DNA of 64,000 nt from Nitrospinales bacterium (GTDB lineage: Bacteria > Nitrospinota > Nitrospinia > Nitrospinales > VA-1). The stretch covers positions 2,848,001-2,912,000 of the forward strand of contig CBDCXL010000002.1 in NCBI GenBank assembly GCA_965223795.1, read 5' to 3'. A model generated the notes under the pieces. That model had not been told where the DNA came from. It made no database searches and was given only the letters and a program-made list of their open reading frames with translations. Below, one piece after another: positions 19,758 through 29,757 of this stretch. The translations under genes and the position numbers were made by a program. How positions within the stretch are numbered: the stretch's first letter is position 1; every line of letters starts with the position of its first letter.

Positions 19758-22700
19758 ATGAATGCGATCAATAACAAGAAACACGATGGCGGTTTGAAGA
19801 TGGAACCCATTGCCATCGTCGGGATGGGCTGCCGTTTTCCCGGCGGCGCCAACAGTCCCGAAGCGTACTGGGATTTGCTGGCCAGCGGCAAGGACGCCAT
19901 CACGGAAATCCCTGCGGACCGGTGGAACGCACAGGCATTCTACAGCCCCAATCCCAAAGCTCCCGGTAAAACCGTTTCCCGCTGGGGCGGCTTCATCGAC
20001 AGCATCGACCGGTTCGACGCGCGTTTTTTCGGCATTTCCCCGCGCGAAGCGGTGCACATGGACCCGCAGCAGCGCATTCTCCTGGAATGCGTCTGGCAGG
20101 CTCTGGAAGACGGCGGCCTGGTGCCCGAACAGCTCGAGGGCTCCGCAACGGGGGTGTTCATCGGCATCTCCGGAATGGAATACAGCAATCTGGTGAAGCT
20201 CGACCTGCACCGCATCGACGGCCACACCGGAACCGGGGTCGCCCTCAGCGTGGCGGCGAACCGTATTTCCTATTTATTCGATCTTAAAGGCCCGAGCATG
20301 GTCGTCGATACGGCCTGCTCCTCGTCGCTGGTGGCGGTGCACCTCGCCTGCCGCAGCATCTGGAACGGGGAATCGACGGCGGCGCTGGCGGGCGGGGTCA
20401 ACGCGATCCTGGCGCCGGACGTCACGGTGACGCTGGGAAAAGGCGGCATGCTGTCGCCGGACGGCCGCTGCAAGTCCTTCGACGCGGAGGGCAACGGTTA
20501 TGTGCGCGGTGAAGGCGCGGGCATCGTGGTGTTGAAGCCCTTGAGCCGGGCTCTCGAGGACGGCGATCCGGTTCATGCGCTCATCATGTCCACGGTTTCC
20601 AACCAGGACGGTCACACCACGGGCATGCCGGTCCCGGATGCGGACGCGCAGAAGCGCATGCTGCGGGAAGCCTGCCGCAACGCGGGGATCGCGCCGCACC
20701 AGATACAATACATCGAAGCCCACGGCACCGGAACGCCGGTGGGCGATCCCATTGAAGCCAACGCGCAGGGAGAGGTGCTGGCCGAAAACCGCGACGATCA
20801 GCAGCCCTGCTTCATGGGCAGCGTCAAAACCAACATCGGCCACCTGGAATCCGCTTCCGGCATCGCCAGCCTCATCAAAGTGGTGCTGGCTCTCAAGCAC
20901 AAGCAGATTCCGCCGAACCTGCATTTCAAACGCCCCAACCCCAACATCCATTTCGACCGGCACCGGCTCAGGATCCCCGATGCCCTGATGCCCTGGCCCA
21001 ATGGGTCCGGCCCCTGTCTTGCGGGCGTCAACTCGTTCGGCTTCGGGGGCACCAACGCCAACGTGCTGCTCAAGGAAGCGCCGCAGCCGCCCGGGCCCTT
21101 TCCCATGCCGGAGACGCTGCGCAGCCGGCCGGTGCATTTTTTGCCGATCTCCGCGCGCAGCTTCGAGGCGCTCAAGAATTTCGCCGCCCGCTACGATGCT
21201 TTTCTCGGCGATGCACAAAACCAGTCCGATTCGGCGCTGTACAACATCTGTTACAGCGCAGGCGCGAGACGCGGGCATCAGGATTACCGGCTGACCGTCA
21301 CGGGAGAATCGGCACAGGCGATGCGGGAAGCGCTCGCCGCGTTCGTGAAGCAGGAGAAGCGCCCGCAATGGGTCTCGGGGCGGCGGCCCCGCGGCACGGT
21401 GTCGCGGCCGGCGTTCGTGTTTTCCGGTCAGGGCCCGCAGTGGTGGGCGATGGGGCGGCAGCTTTTGCAGTCGGAGCCGGTGTTCAACGACGCGGTGCAG
21501 CAATGCGATTCCCTGTTCCGCCGGCATGCGGACTGGTCGCTGTTACAGGAATTGAACCGGGACGAGGCGTCTTCCCGCATTCATGAGACCTGGTTCACGC
21601 AGCCCGCGATGTTCTCGCTGCAGGTCGGACTTGCGGCGTTGTGGCGCTCCTGGGGCATCGAGCCGGGGGCGGTGGTCGGACACAGCGTCGGCGAAGCGGC
21701 GGCCGCTTACGTGGCGGGGATCTACAGCCTCGAGGATGCGGTGCGCATCATCTATCACCGCGGCCGGTTGCTGCACGCCATGTACGGCAAAGGCAAGATG
21801 GCGGTGGTCGGGCTGCCGCCGCAGGAAGCGAGGCAGGCGCTCAAGGGATTCGAGAACACAATTTCCATCGCCGCGGTCAACAGCCCCAAATCAGTGACCC
21901 TGTCCGGCGATCCGGAAGCGCTGGACAGCGTGATCCGCCCGCTGGAAGCCAAAGAAGTTTTCTGCCGCTACCTAAAGGTGCATTACGCCTTCCACAGCCA
22001 CCAGATGGAACCGGTGCGCAAGGGGCTGCTGGAATCGCTGAGCGGCATCCGCCCGGAATCGGGGAACATCCCTTTTTATTCCACCGTGCGCGGCGCACGG
22101 CTCGACGGCAAGGACATGGGACCCGGCTACTGGTGGGAAAACGTGCGCCAGCCGGTGCTGTTTTACAAGTCGGTGGAAAACATCATCGACGACGAGAGCG
22201 AGGTGTTCCTCGAAATCGGCCCGCATCCGGTTCTCGGTGCCAACATCTCCGAATGCTTTTCGCGCATGAAGCGGCAGGGCACCGTCCTGCCTTCGCTCCG
22301 GCACAACGAAAACGACCGCAAGGTTCTGCTCGGCTCGCTGGGAAGCCTGTACTGCCGCGGCCATGCCATCGACTGGAAAAACGTGTATCCGCACGGCGGC
22401 CAAAGCGTGCCGCTGCCGAATTACCCCTGGCAGCGGGAACGGTTCTGGCATGAACGCGACGAAAAGGGCGTGGACCCGTTCGCGGAAAACGTGCATCCGT
22501 TTCTCGGCCGCAAGATGGAAAACGCCGAGTCGTCCTGGCAGGCGCGCGTGGACCGCAGGGAATACACCTACCTGGGCGATCACGTCGTCAAGGGGGCGAT
22601 GGTGTTCCCCGGCGCCGGTCTGATCGAACTGGGGCTCGCCGCCGCGGGCCATGTGTTCGAGGACACGGCGTGGACCCTGGGGGCGGTCGAATTCCACAAC

Positions 22701-25700
22701 GCCCTGATCCTGCCGAGGAACCGGGGATTGAAAATCCAGACCACGCTCGACCCGGTGGATTCTTCGATCAAGATCCACAGCCTGTCCGACAAAAACCAGT
22801 CCCTCTGGACCCTGCATGCGACGGCAACCGTCGAGACGCTCACCGGTCCGCGCGTGTGCACCGTGGATCCGGAAGAAATCCAGGCCCGCTGCCCGGAAGC
22901 GGTGGCGACGGAGGATCTCTACAGCCAGTTCGACCGTATCGGGTTGAGCTACGGCCCGGCCTTCCGCGGCATCGCCCGTTGCTGGAAAGGCGAGGGCGAG
23001 GCTTTGGGGCGCATTGAGAAACCGCCAACTCTGGAAAAGGAAAACAGCGGTTATCACCTGCACCCTGTGATCCTGGATGCGGCCTTTCAGGTTTCGGCGC
23101 TGCTCATCTCCGGCGCGGCCGGTAAAAAGCTGTTTCTGCCGGTCGGCGTCGAAAAAGTGCATTACTACGGAAGTCCACCGGAATCCCTGTGGGCGCATGT
23201 GAAAAAGGTCCGGTTTAGCGCCAATCAGGCGGAGCTCGACATCCGCCTGTACGACGATTCGGGCAGGGTGTGGGCCGAATGTCTGGGATTCAAGTGCCGG
23301 GCGCTGGAGGGACCGAAGACCCGCGACCTCGACGATCCTGAGAACTGGCTGTACGAATGGCGGTGGGAACCGGCCGATGAAAAAGAACGCAGCGAAACTT
23401 CGCCCGCCGGCGCGGTGCTGCCCGCGATCGGGACGCTGGCCGGTTCGATCGAGACCGTGTCACTGAGATTGGACAACTCCTACCGGGAGAAGGTGAAACC
23501 CGAACTGGACGGGCTGGCGGCCGCCTACATCCAGAAAGCGTTCAAGGACCTGGGAGGCAGTCTTAAAGATTGCGCCGCGTATTCCAACGGCACGGCGGAC
23601 CGGTTCCTGATGCTCGATCAGGCGGCGTCGGCGGTGCTCGAGCCCGGCATCAAGATCCTCAAGGACGGCAACATCCTGGTGTTCAAGGGCGACCGCTGGA
23701 CGACCAACGGATCGCACGCACAGGAAGACCCGGAAGCGCTGTGGCGCACCCTGATCCGCAAGTTTCCGGGATATCTGCCCGAACTCAACCTGATTCGAAC
23801 GGTGGGCGAGAACTACGGACGCATTCTCAAAGGCGAGGTCGAGGGTGTGCTCAAGCTGTTGCCCGGGACCGACCCGGTCTGGGAACATTTTTTTCAGGAT
23901 GCGCACAGCGTTCAGCTCAGCAATCAGCGGGTGCGCAAGCTGGCCGCCCGGCTCGCCGATGCGCAGCCTGAGGGCCAAAAGCTCAAGATACTGGAACTCG
24001 GCGGTGGCGCGGGAGGGCTCACCACCCACATTGTGAGCGGGCTGAATCCCGACAGGGTGGAGTACGTGTTCTCCGACGCGGACGAATCCTGGGTGGAAAA
24101 AGCGCGCCAGAAGTTTCGCGCGTATCCGTTTGTGGATTGCCGGACGGGGGACCCCGGCGCGGAATCCGGCGGTCTGGAGACGCATGGTTTCGACCTGATC
24201 GTCGTGTCCTTCCTGAAGCCGGGTTCGGACCCGAGCGTGGAACATTTGCAACACATCAAGCAGCTGCTTTCCTCGCAGGGCGTGCTGCTCTGCCTGGGCA
24301 AGACCGAGGCTGCGGGCTGGCAGGACTGGGTGCTGCGTACCCGGTCGCGCAAGTCCGATGCGAAAGAATGCGAAAATCTCGAAGAGAAACTCAGGCAGGC
24401 GGGTTTTGCGGACGTGACCCGCGTGGGCGGCGGCACGGCGAATGAACAGGAACAGGCGGTGATCCTTGCTCAGGGACCGAAGCTCGCCGAACCGGTGAGC
24501 GCCAAAAAGCCGGGCGGCTTCCGGCCGAAATCGCCCGGCGGCTGGATTCTGTTCTGCGACCCGCACGGGCAGGGCGACCGGCTGGCCGAGCTTCTGGAAG
24601 AGGCGGGAGAACGCTGCCTGCGCGTGCGGCCTGGAACTTCCTTCAATAAGGTGAGTCCGCAGCTTGTGGAAATCCGTCCGGATTGCCTGGAAGACATGGA
24701 GCCGCTGTTTGAGATTGCCACTCAGGAGGGAAAACGCATCAAAGGCATCGTGCATCTGTGGGGCCTGGATGCGCCCGCTCCGGGAGAACTCACCCCCGCG
24801 TCCCTGAAAACCGCGGAAACCGTGGGAAGCCTCAGTGTGGTGCATCTGGTCAACGAGATGGCGCACAACAACTGGGAGGAAGCGCCGCGGCTGTTTCTCG
24901 TCACGCGCGGCAGCCAGGATGCCGGTGCACCGCAAAACGGACTTTCTGTGGCGCAGGCTCCGGTCTGGGGACTGGGGCAGGTGGTGCAGTCCGAGCATCC
25001 CAACCTGCGCTGCCGGTTGATCGATCTCGATCCCGATGAATCGTCCGTGGAAACCCTGTTTGAGGAACTGTTCGCGGAAGAAGCGCCCGAGGAAATCGCG
25101 CTGCGGGAAGGACGGCGTTATGTGCGCCGGCTGGTGCGGCCCAGGCCGGGCACCCGCACGATCGACAACCTTCCGGATGCAGGGATAGAAGCGCCCGCCT
25201 ACCGGCTGGAAACCGGCTCGCCGGGGATTTTGGACGATTTCAAGGTGGTGAGGCACAGCCGCACCGCACCGGGACCCGGTGAGGTCGAGATCTGCGTGGA
25301 AGCGGCCGGTCTCAATTTCCGCGACGTGATGATCGCGATGGGGCTGCTTCCGGGAGAGCTGGAAGGTGTGGAGCAGGCCTGGGAAACCCTGGGGCTCGAA
25401 TGCTCCGGGCGCGTCAGCGCTGTCGGCGAAGGCGTTGCGGAATTCAAGGTGGGCGATGCGGTGGTGTCTTTGTCCGGCGGCGGGGCGTTCGGTTCCTACG
25501 TCATCGCGCCGGCGTTCGCGACGGTGCGCAAGCCGGAACGCATGAGCTTCGCGGAAGCGGCCACCGTTCCGGTGACGTTTCTCACCGCCTGGTACATGCT
25601 GCACCGGGCGGGGCGGCTGCGTGCGGGCGAACGCGCGCTGATCCACGCGGCGGCGGGCGGCGTCGGCCTGGCGGCGGTGCAGATCGCGCAGCTGGCAGGA

Positions 25701-27413
25701 GCGGAGGTGTACGCGACCGCGGGAAGCCCGGAGAAAAGAGGGTTCCTGCGCGCGCTGGGCGTCAAGCACGTGTTCAATTCGCGCACGCTGGAATTCGCCG
25801 ATCAGATTCTCGAGATGACGCAGGGCGAGGGCGTGGACCTGGTGCTCAATTCGCTTTCCGGCCCGTTCATCGCCAAAAGCGTCGGCATTCTCAAACCGTT
25901 CGGCCGGTTTCTGGAAATCGGCAAGCGCGATATTTACGAGAACAACAAGGTCGGGCTCAAACCCTTCCTCAAGGGACTGTCGTTCATCACCATGGTGGAC
26001 ATCAAGCAGGGTTTCGCCGAATTCGGTCAGGAGTTTCGGTCGATATTCCTCGAGATCGTACGCCACATCGAGGAAGGCAAACTGCATCCGCTGCCGCACC
26101 GGGTGTTTCCGCTGTCCAACACCGCAGGAGCGTTTCGCACCATGGCGCAGGCGCGCCACATCGGCAAGGTGGTGGTCTCCCTGCGGGAAACCGACCTCAA
26201 CGTGATCTGGGATTGCGAAGAACCGGCCCGGTTCGATCCGGAGGCGACCTACTGCATCACCGGCGGTCTGGGCGGCTTCGGACTGGCCACGGCGGCGTGG
26301 ATGGTGCGTCAGGGTGCCCGGCATCTCGCATTGGTGGGACGCAACGGCGCCGTTTCCGACGACGCGCTGGAAGCGGTGGCGGGCATGAAAGAAGCGGGCG
26401 CCGACGTTCAGGTGATCGCCGCGGACGTCAGCCGGGCCGAGGACGTGGAGCGTGTGTTCGAGCGTATGGCATCGGTCATGCCGCCGCTCAAGGGCGTGAT
26501 CCATGCGGCAATGGTGCTCGACGACGGCCTGCTGGTCCACATGACGCCGCAACGGCTGCACCGGGTGACGGCGCCCAAGATTCTCGGGGCCTGGAACCTG
26601 CACAGACAGACGCTGAATGCGCCGCTGGATTTTTTCATTCTGTTTTCCTCGATCGCCAACGTGATCGGCAGCCCCGGTCAGGGCAATTACGTGGCGGCCA
26701 ATGCGTTTCTCGAAGCGCTGGCGCAGCACCGCCGACTGGAAGGGCGCGCCGGACAGGTCATCAACTGGGCTCCGCTCACGGAAGTGGGCGTCGCGGCGCG
26801 GCAGAACCTGAACGAACGCCTGGAGGCGCAAGGGGTGCTCAGCCTGACGCCGCAGCAGGCGGTGGACATGCTGGGACGCCTTATCCAGAAAAACCCGGTG
26901 CAGACGGCGGTGTTCCCGGTCAAGTGGGGCAAGCTTCTGTCGCTCACCCGCTCATCGAAAGTGCCGGCGAAATTCGCGCATGTGCTGGGCGAGGAATCGC
27001 AAAAGGAACTCGGCGCCGATGCCAACAGCGAGGTGGAAGAACCGTTCCGCCCCAAACTCATGAGCGCCCCGCCGGAAGAACGGCCTGCCATTCTGGCGGA
27101 GCATCTCAGAAAATCGATCGCCAAGGTGCTGGGACTGGCGCCGGACAAGCTGGAGCTGGATCAGCCGCTCACCGATGTGGGGCTCGATTCGCTGATGGCG
27201 ATGGAGTTGATCGTGCGCATCGAGATGGATCTGGAAATCACCGTGCCGGTGGTGCGGTTCCTCGGCGGCCCGAGCATCGAGCAGATGGTCCCCTGGCTGA
27301 TCGAGGAAATGAACCTGAACGAATCCGAATCCCTGGAAGATTCGATCGACGGTTTCGACGCCTGCGAGGAAAAACTGGAAACGGAGCGGCAGACCCAGAC
27401 CGAAGAGGTTTGA
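19758..27413 (+). CDS. Single-module highly reducing type I PKS: KS-AT-DH-pseudoMT-ER-KR-ACP, no thioesterase
   Basis: KS DTACSSS / EAHGTGT / NIGHLE; AT GHSVG and YAFHS; DH HVVKGAMVFP and DAAFQ; MT-like ILELGGGAGG; ER LIHAAAGGVG; KR TGGLGGFG, LDD, GQGNYVAAN; ACP GLDSL. Confidence 0.95.
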   Translation: MNAINNKKHDGGLKMEPIAIVGMGCRFPGGANSPEAYWDLLASGKDAITEIPADRWNAQAFYSPNPKAPGKTVSRWGGFIDSIDRFDARFFGISPREAVHMDPQQRILLECVWQALEDGGLVPEQLEGSATGVFIGISGMEYSNLVKLDLHRIDGHTGTGVALSVAANRISYLFDLKGPSMVVDTACSSSLVAVHLACRSIWNGESTAALAGGVNAILAPDVTVTLGKGGMLSPDGRCKSFDAEGNGYVRGEGAGIVVLKPLSRALEDGDPVHALIMSTVSNQDGHTTGMPVPDADAQKRMLREACRNAGIAPHQIQYIEAHGTGTPVGDPIEANAQGEVLAENRDDQQPCFMGSVKTNIGHLESASGIASLIKVVLALKHKQIPPNLHFKRPNPNIHFDRHRLRIPDALMPWPNGSGPCLAGVNSFGFGGTNANVLLKEAPQPPGPFPMPETLRSRPVHFLPISARSFEALKNFAARYDAFLGDAQNQSDSALYNICYSAGARRGHQDYRLTVTGESAQAMREALAAFVKQEKRPQWVSGRRPRGTVSRPAFVFSGQGPQWWAMGRQLLQSEPVFNDAVQQCDSLFRRHADWSLLQELNRDEASSRIHETWFTQPAMFSLQVGLAALWRSWGIEPGAVVGHSVGEAAAAYVAGIYSLEDAVRIIYHRGRLLHAMYGKGKMAVVGLPPQEARQALKGFENTISIAAVNSPKSVTLSGDPEALDSVIRPLEAKEVFCRYLKVHYAFHSHQMEPVRKGLLESLSGIRPESGNIPFYSTVRGARLDGKDMGPGYWWENVRQPVLFYKSVENIIDDESEVFLEIGPHPVLGANISECFSRMKRQGTVLPSLRHNENDRKVLLGSLGSLYCRGHAIDWKNVYPHGGQSVPLPNYPWQRERFWHERDEKGVDPFAENVHPFLGRKMENAESSWQARVDRREYTYLGDHVVKGAMVFPGAGLIELGLAAAGHVFEDTAWTLGAVEFHNALILPRNRGLKIQTTLDPVDSSIKIHSLSDKNQSLWTLHATATVETLTGPRVCTVDPEEIQARCPEAVATEDLYSQFDRIGLSYGPAFRGIARCWKGEGEALGRIEKPPTLEKENSGYHLHPVILDAAFQVSALLISGAAGKKLFLPVGVEKVHYYGSPPESLWAHVKKVRFSANQAELDIRLYDDSGRVWAECLGFKCRALEGPKTRDLDDPENWLYEWRWEPADEKERSETSPAGAVLPAIGTLAGSIETVSLRLDNSYREKVKPELDGLAAAYIQKAFKDLGGSLKDCAAYSNGTADRFLMLDQAASAVLEPGIKILKDGNILVFKGDRWTTNGSHAQEDPEALWRTLIRKFPGYLPELNLIRTVGENYGRILKGEVEGVLKLLPGTDPVWEHFFQDAHSVQLSNQRVRKLAARLADAQPEGQKLKILELGGGAGGLTTHIVSGLNPDRVEYVFSDADESWVEKARQKFRAYPFVDCRTGDPGAESGGLETHGFDLIVVSFLKPGSDPSVEHLQHIKQLLSSQGVLLCLGKTEAAGWQDWVLRTRSRKSDAKECENLEEKLRQAGFADVTRVGGGTANEQEQAVILAQGPKLAEPVSAKKPGGFRPKSPGGWILFCDPHGQGDRLAELLEEAGERCLRVRPGTSFNKVSPQLVEIRPDCLEDMEPLFEIATQEGKRIKGIVHLWGLDAPAPGELTPASLKTAETVGSLSVVHLVNEMAHNNWEEAPRLFLVTRGSQDAGAPQNGLSVAQAPVWGLGQVVQSEHPNLRCRLIDLDPDESSVETLFEELFAEEAPEEIALREGRRYVRRLVRPRPGTRTIDNLPDAGIEAPAYRLETGSPGILDDFKVVRHSRTAPGPGEVEICVEAAGLNFRDVMIAMGLLPGELEGVEQAWETLGLECSGRVSAVGEGVAEFKVGDAVVSLSGGGAFGSYVIAPAFATVRKPERMSFAEAATVPVTFLTAWYMLHRAGRLRAGERALIHAAAGGVGLAAVQIAQLAGAEVYATAGSPEKRGFLRALGVKHVFNSRTLEFADQILEMTQGEGVDLVLNSLSGPFIAKSVGILKPFGRFLEIGKRDIYENNKVGLKPFLKGLSFITMVDIKQGFAEFGQEFRSIFLEIVRHIEEGKLHPLPHRVFPLSNTAGAFRTMAQARHIGKVVVSLRETDLNVIWDCEEPARFDPEATYCITGGLGGFGLATAAWMVRQGARHLALVGRNGAVSDDALEAVAGMKEAGADVQVIAADVSRAEDVERVFERMASVMPPLKGVIHAAMVLDDGLLVHMTPQRLHRVTAPKILGAWNLHRQTLNAPLDFFILFSSIANVIGSPGQGNYVAANAFLEALAQHRRLEGRAGQVINWAPLTEVGVAARQNLNERLEAQGVLSLTPQQAVDMLGRLIQKNPVQTAVFPVKWGKLLSLTRSSKVPAKFAHVLGEESQKELGADANSEVEEPFRPKLMSAPPEERPAILAEHLRKSIAKVLGLAPDKLELDQPLTDVGLDSLMAMELIVRIEMDLEITVPVVRFLGGPSIEQMVPWLIEEMNLNESESLEDSIDGFDACEEKLETERQTQTEEV

Positions 27414-27599
27414 GCTTCGCAATCGCACACGCACATTGAGACACCCGCTGCAGCCGGATTCGCGTTTGACCGGCGTTTCGCGGGTGCGCTATCCTTTTAT
27501 GAGGGGCCGGTGCCGGACCGGTTCTCACCCGGTTTTAGACGGTACGGGCTCAAGCCGTTTTAAAACGGAAATTTCCCTGAATTGAGATAAGGTTCGCCG

Positions 27600-28265
27600 A
27601 TGGCTTCTTTCGGATTGCTGAGCGAAAAAAGCAAGGCGCTGTTTTCCAACCTGGTCGCGCCCATGAGTGGCACGCTGAACCGGATGGGCGTGGGTGCCAA
27701 CGCGTTGTCGCTTTCCGGGCTTCTGCTCAGCGCCGGAGCGGGCTGGGTTTACGGCCTGGGTTCGTTTTTCTGGGCCAGCTGGCTGGTGGTGCTCGCGGGG
27801 ATTTGCGACATTCTCGACGGCCAGGTGGCGCGTCGCAACGGCACGACCTCTCCCTATGGAGCGTTTTTAGACAGCACCTTTGACCGCATCAGCGAACTGT
27901 TTATCTTTCTGGGACTGGCCTGGTATTTTGCGCAGGTGCAGGGATGGGCGCCGCCGGCGGTGTCCGCGCTCGGGCTCAATCTCAAGGCCTGGGCGGTGGT
28001 CCTCATCCTGTGGGCGCTCGCCAGTTCCTATCTGGTCAGCTACACCCGTGCCCGCGCCGAAGGGCTGGGCGTCGAGTGCAAAGTGGGTGCATTGCAGCGG
28101 CCGGAGCGCATCGTGTTATTGATCCTGGGCTCATGGCTCGCCTGCATTCCCGATGTCGGCCCGTTCATGATGCTGGCCTGCATTTTTCTCATCGCCGCGT
28201 TGAGCACCTTCACGGTGGTTCAAAGAATGGTTCATGTCAAGCGGCGGTTGACCCCCAAGCCCTGA
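27600..28265 (+). CDS. CDP-alcohol phosphatidyltransferase, phosphatidylinositol(-phosphate) synthase-like
   Basis: DILDGQVAR...GAFLDSTFDR signature plus SYTRARAEGLG..VG..QRPER seen in PIP/AIP synthases. Confidence 0.85.
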   Translation: MASFGLLSEKSKALFSNLVAPMSGTLNRMGVGANALSLSGLLLSAGAGWVYGLGSFFWASWLVVLAGICDILDGQVARRNGTTSPYGAFLDSTFDRISELFIFLGLAWYFAQVQGWAPPAVSALGLNLKAWAVVLILWALASSYLVSYTRARAEGLGVECKVGALQRPERIVLLILGSWLACIPDVGPFMMLACIFLIAALSTFTVVQRMVHVKRRLTPKP

Positions 28266-29744
28266 ACCGCGGGCTTTCTCCCACAACGACGGCAGTTTTC
28301 CCACCAGCAGGATCACAACCCCGATCAAAAGCGCGTTTCTCGCGTTGAGCAGCAGGATCATCGGTGGCTTGAACTGCTGCAGAAACACGTAGAGATGGGG
28401 AAAGATCGCCTGGGTCATCGCGGTTGCCGCGAGCAACAGCCAGCCGGTCCGCTCCAGTTGCGGGTGCACCGCCACCAGCGCCGCCATCAGCGGCCCCACC
28501 CAGAGCAGGTATTGCGGCGAAAACACCTTGTTGGTCAAGATGAACAGCAGGAGAAAAATCAGGCTGAGGGCGTAGACGGGAACGACGAGATCCGCATCCG
28601 CACGGCCCGCCCTGCGCCAGACAGGGCCGATTCGATACACCCGCCAGGCGATCCACGCCGACGCCGCGAAAAACAGCGGCAACGGAAGCTGTCTGAACAG
28701 CTCCGAGTGCGCGAACTTCAGATTGCTGGAACTGAACGTGAACACTTCCGTCACTGCGTAGCCGGTCCACCAGTGGGCGAGCAGGATGAGACCGGCGTAC
28801 AGCGATTCGAGCTGAATGCCGCGCCGCATGTGGTAGGCGAAGCTTTCCCAGTAGCCGTCTCCCCAAAGCCACCAGAATCCCAGGTTCAATATCAGCAGGC
28901 CGGCTGTCAGTCCTGCAACCGAGGCGCTGGCGGCGCGCCAGTCCGGTTTCCTGAGCAGCAGCAATGCCAAAAGCGCGGCCGGGATCACGACGCCGGGCAC
29001 GATTTTGGTCAACACGCCCAGCGAAGCCACCGCACCGAATGCCGCGTACAAAAGCAGCGCTGGGTTCCCTGTGCTGCGCGTTGCCGCGCGGAAGATCACA
29101 AGCGAAAGCAGGACCGCCGTGACGACGGCGTGGTCGAAGCGGGTGACGGCGATGCAGCCGAAGCACAACAGAAATGCCAGCGAGCCCCAGAGCGTGCGGC
29201 GGATTTCGGCCGGTGTGGGGCGGCCTTTGCACAAAAGCTGCAGCGCGAGATAAAGATTCAGTCCGTACAGCAGCCCCAGCCAGGCGGCCAGCCAGAACCG
29301 GTATTCGCGAAAATCTTCCGAGATCAGCAGGGGCGGCACGATCACCAGGAACGCACCCGGCTGGTATTCGACCGGCACGTCGCGGTAGGGTTGCGGGCGG
29401 GCGGTGTCGAGAGTTCTGCCTTCGTTCCAGATCCAGTGCGCGGCTTCTCCGCGCAGCAGGAGCTTCGCGTAGCGGTAATACAGGCGGGCTTCGTGGTGAT
29501 GGTGAAAGAAAAACTTGATGAGCCCGATGTGCCCGTGTTCCTCGATGATGAAATCGTAGGTCTTGAGATAGCCTTCCATCGACTGGCTTTCGAGGCTGGC
29601 GTCGATGGACTGCATTTCCTCGATCGTGAATCCGAGCTGAAATAGCCACAGAAACACGAGGGCGTGGAGAAAGCAGGCGAATTTTGAGGATTTCAATGCG
29701 CCACGGATGCGGGCCGGTCTTGCGATTTGTGCCGCGGGGTCCAA
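28131..29744 (-). CDS. GT-C membrane glycosyltransferase (GT87/DUF2029, PIG-M-like motifs)
   Basis: Multi-TM; PYRDVPVEYQPGA, RFD, TKIVP, RGIQLES, NKVFSPQYLLW. Confidence 0.75.
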   Translation of the reverse strand: MDPAAQIARPARIRGALKSSKFACFLHALVFLWLFQLGFTIEEMQSIDASLESQSMEGYLKTYDFIIEEHGHIGLIKFFFHHHHEARLYYRYAKLLLRGEAAHWIWNEGRTLDTARPQPYRDVPVEYQPGAFLVIVPPLLISEDFREYRFWLAAWLGLLYGLNLYLALQLLCKGRPTPAEIRRTLWGSLAFLLCFGCIAVTRFDHAVVTAVLLSLVIFRAATRSTGNPALLLYAAFGAVASLGVLTKIVPGVVIPAALLALLLLRKPDWRAASASVAGLTAGLLILNLGFWWLWGDGYWESFAYHMRRGIQLESLYAGLILLAHWWTGYAVTEVFTFSSSNLKFAHSELFRQLPLPLFFAASAWIAWRVYRIGPVWRRAGRADADLVVPVYALSLIFLLLFILTNKVFSPQYLLWVGPLMAALVAVHPQLERTGWLLLAATAMTQAIFPHLYVFLQQFKPPMILLLNARNALLIGVVILLVGKLPSLWEKARGSGLGGQPPLDMNHSLNHREGAQRGDEKNAGQHHERADIGNAGEP

Positions 29745-29757
29745 TCGGTGGTTTCTT

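Noticed and set aside
23460..26831. 1123-aa minus-strand ORF and other long antisense or alternate-frame ORFs (25400..27439, 38378..40093, 53506..55020, 50426..51925)
   Set aside because: Shadow ORFs of GC-rich genes. They have no motifs and lie opposite or within well-supported CDSs.
19758..27413. PKS as an antibiotic-type or PUFA/heterocyst glycolipid synthase
   Set aside because: Single module with one ACP, no chain-length factor, TE, NRPS or exporter; the neighbours are membrane-lipid enzymes.
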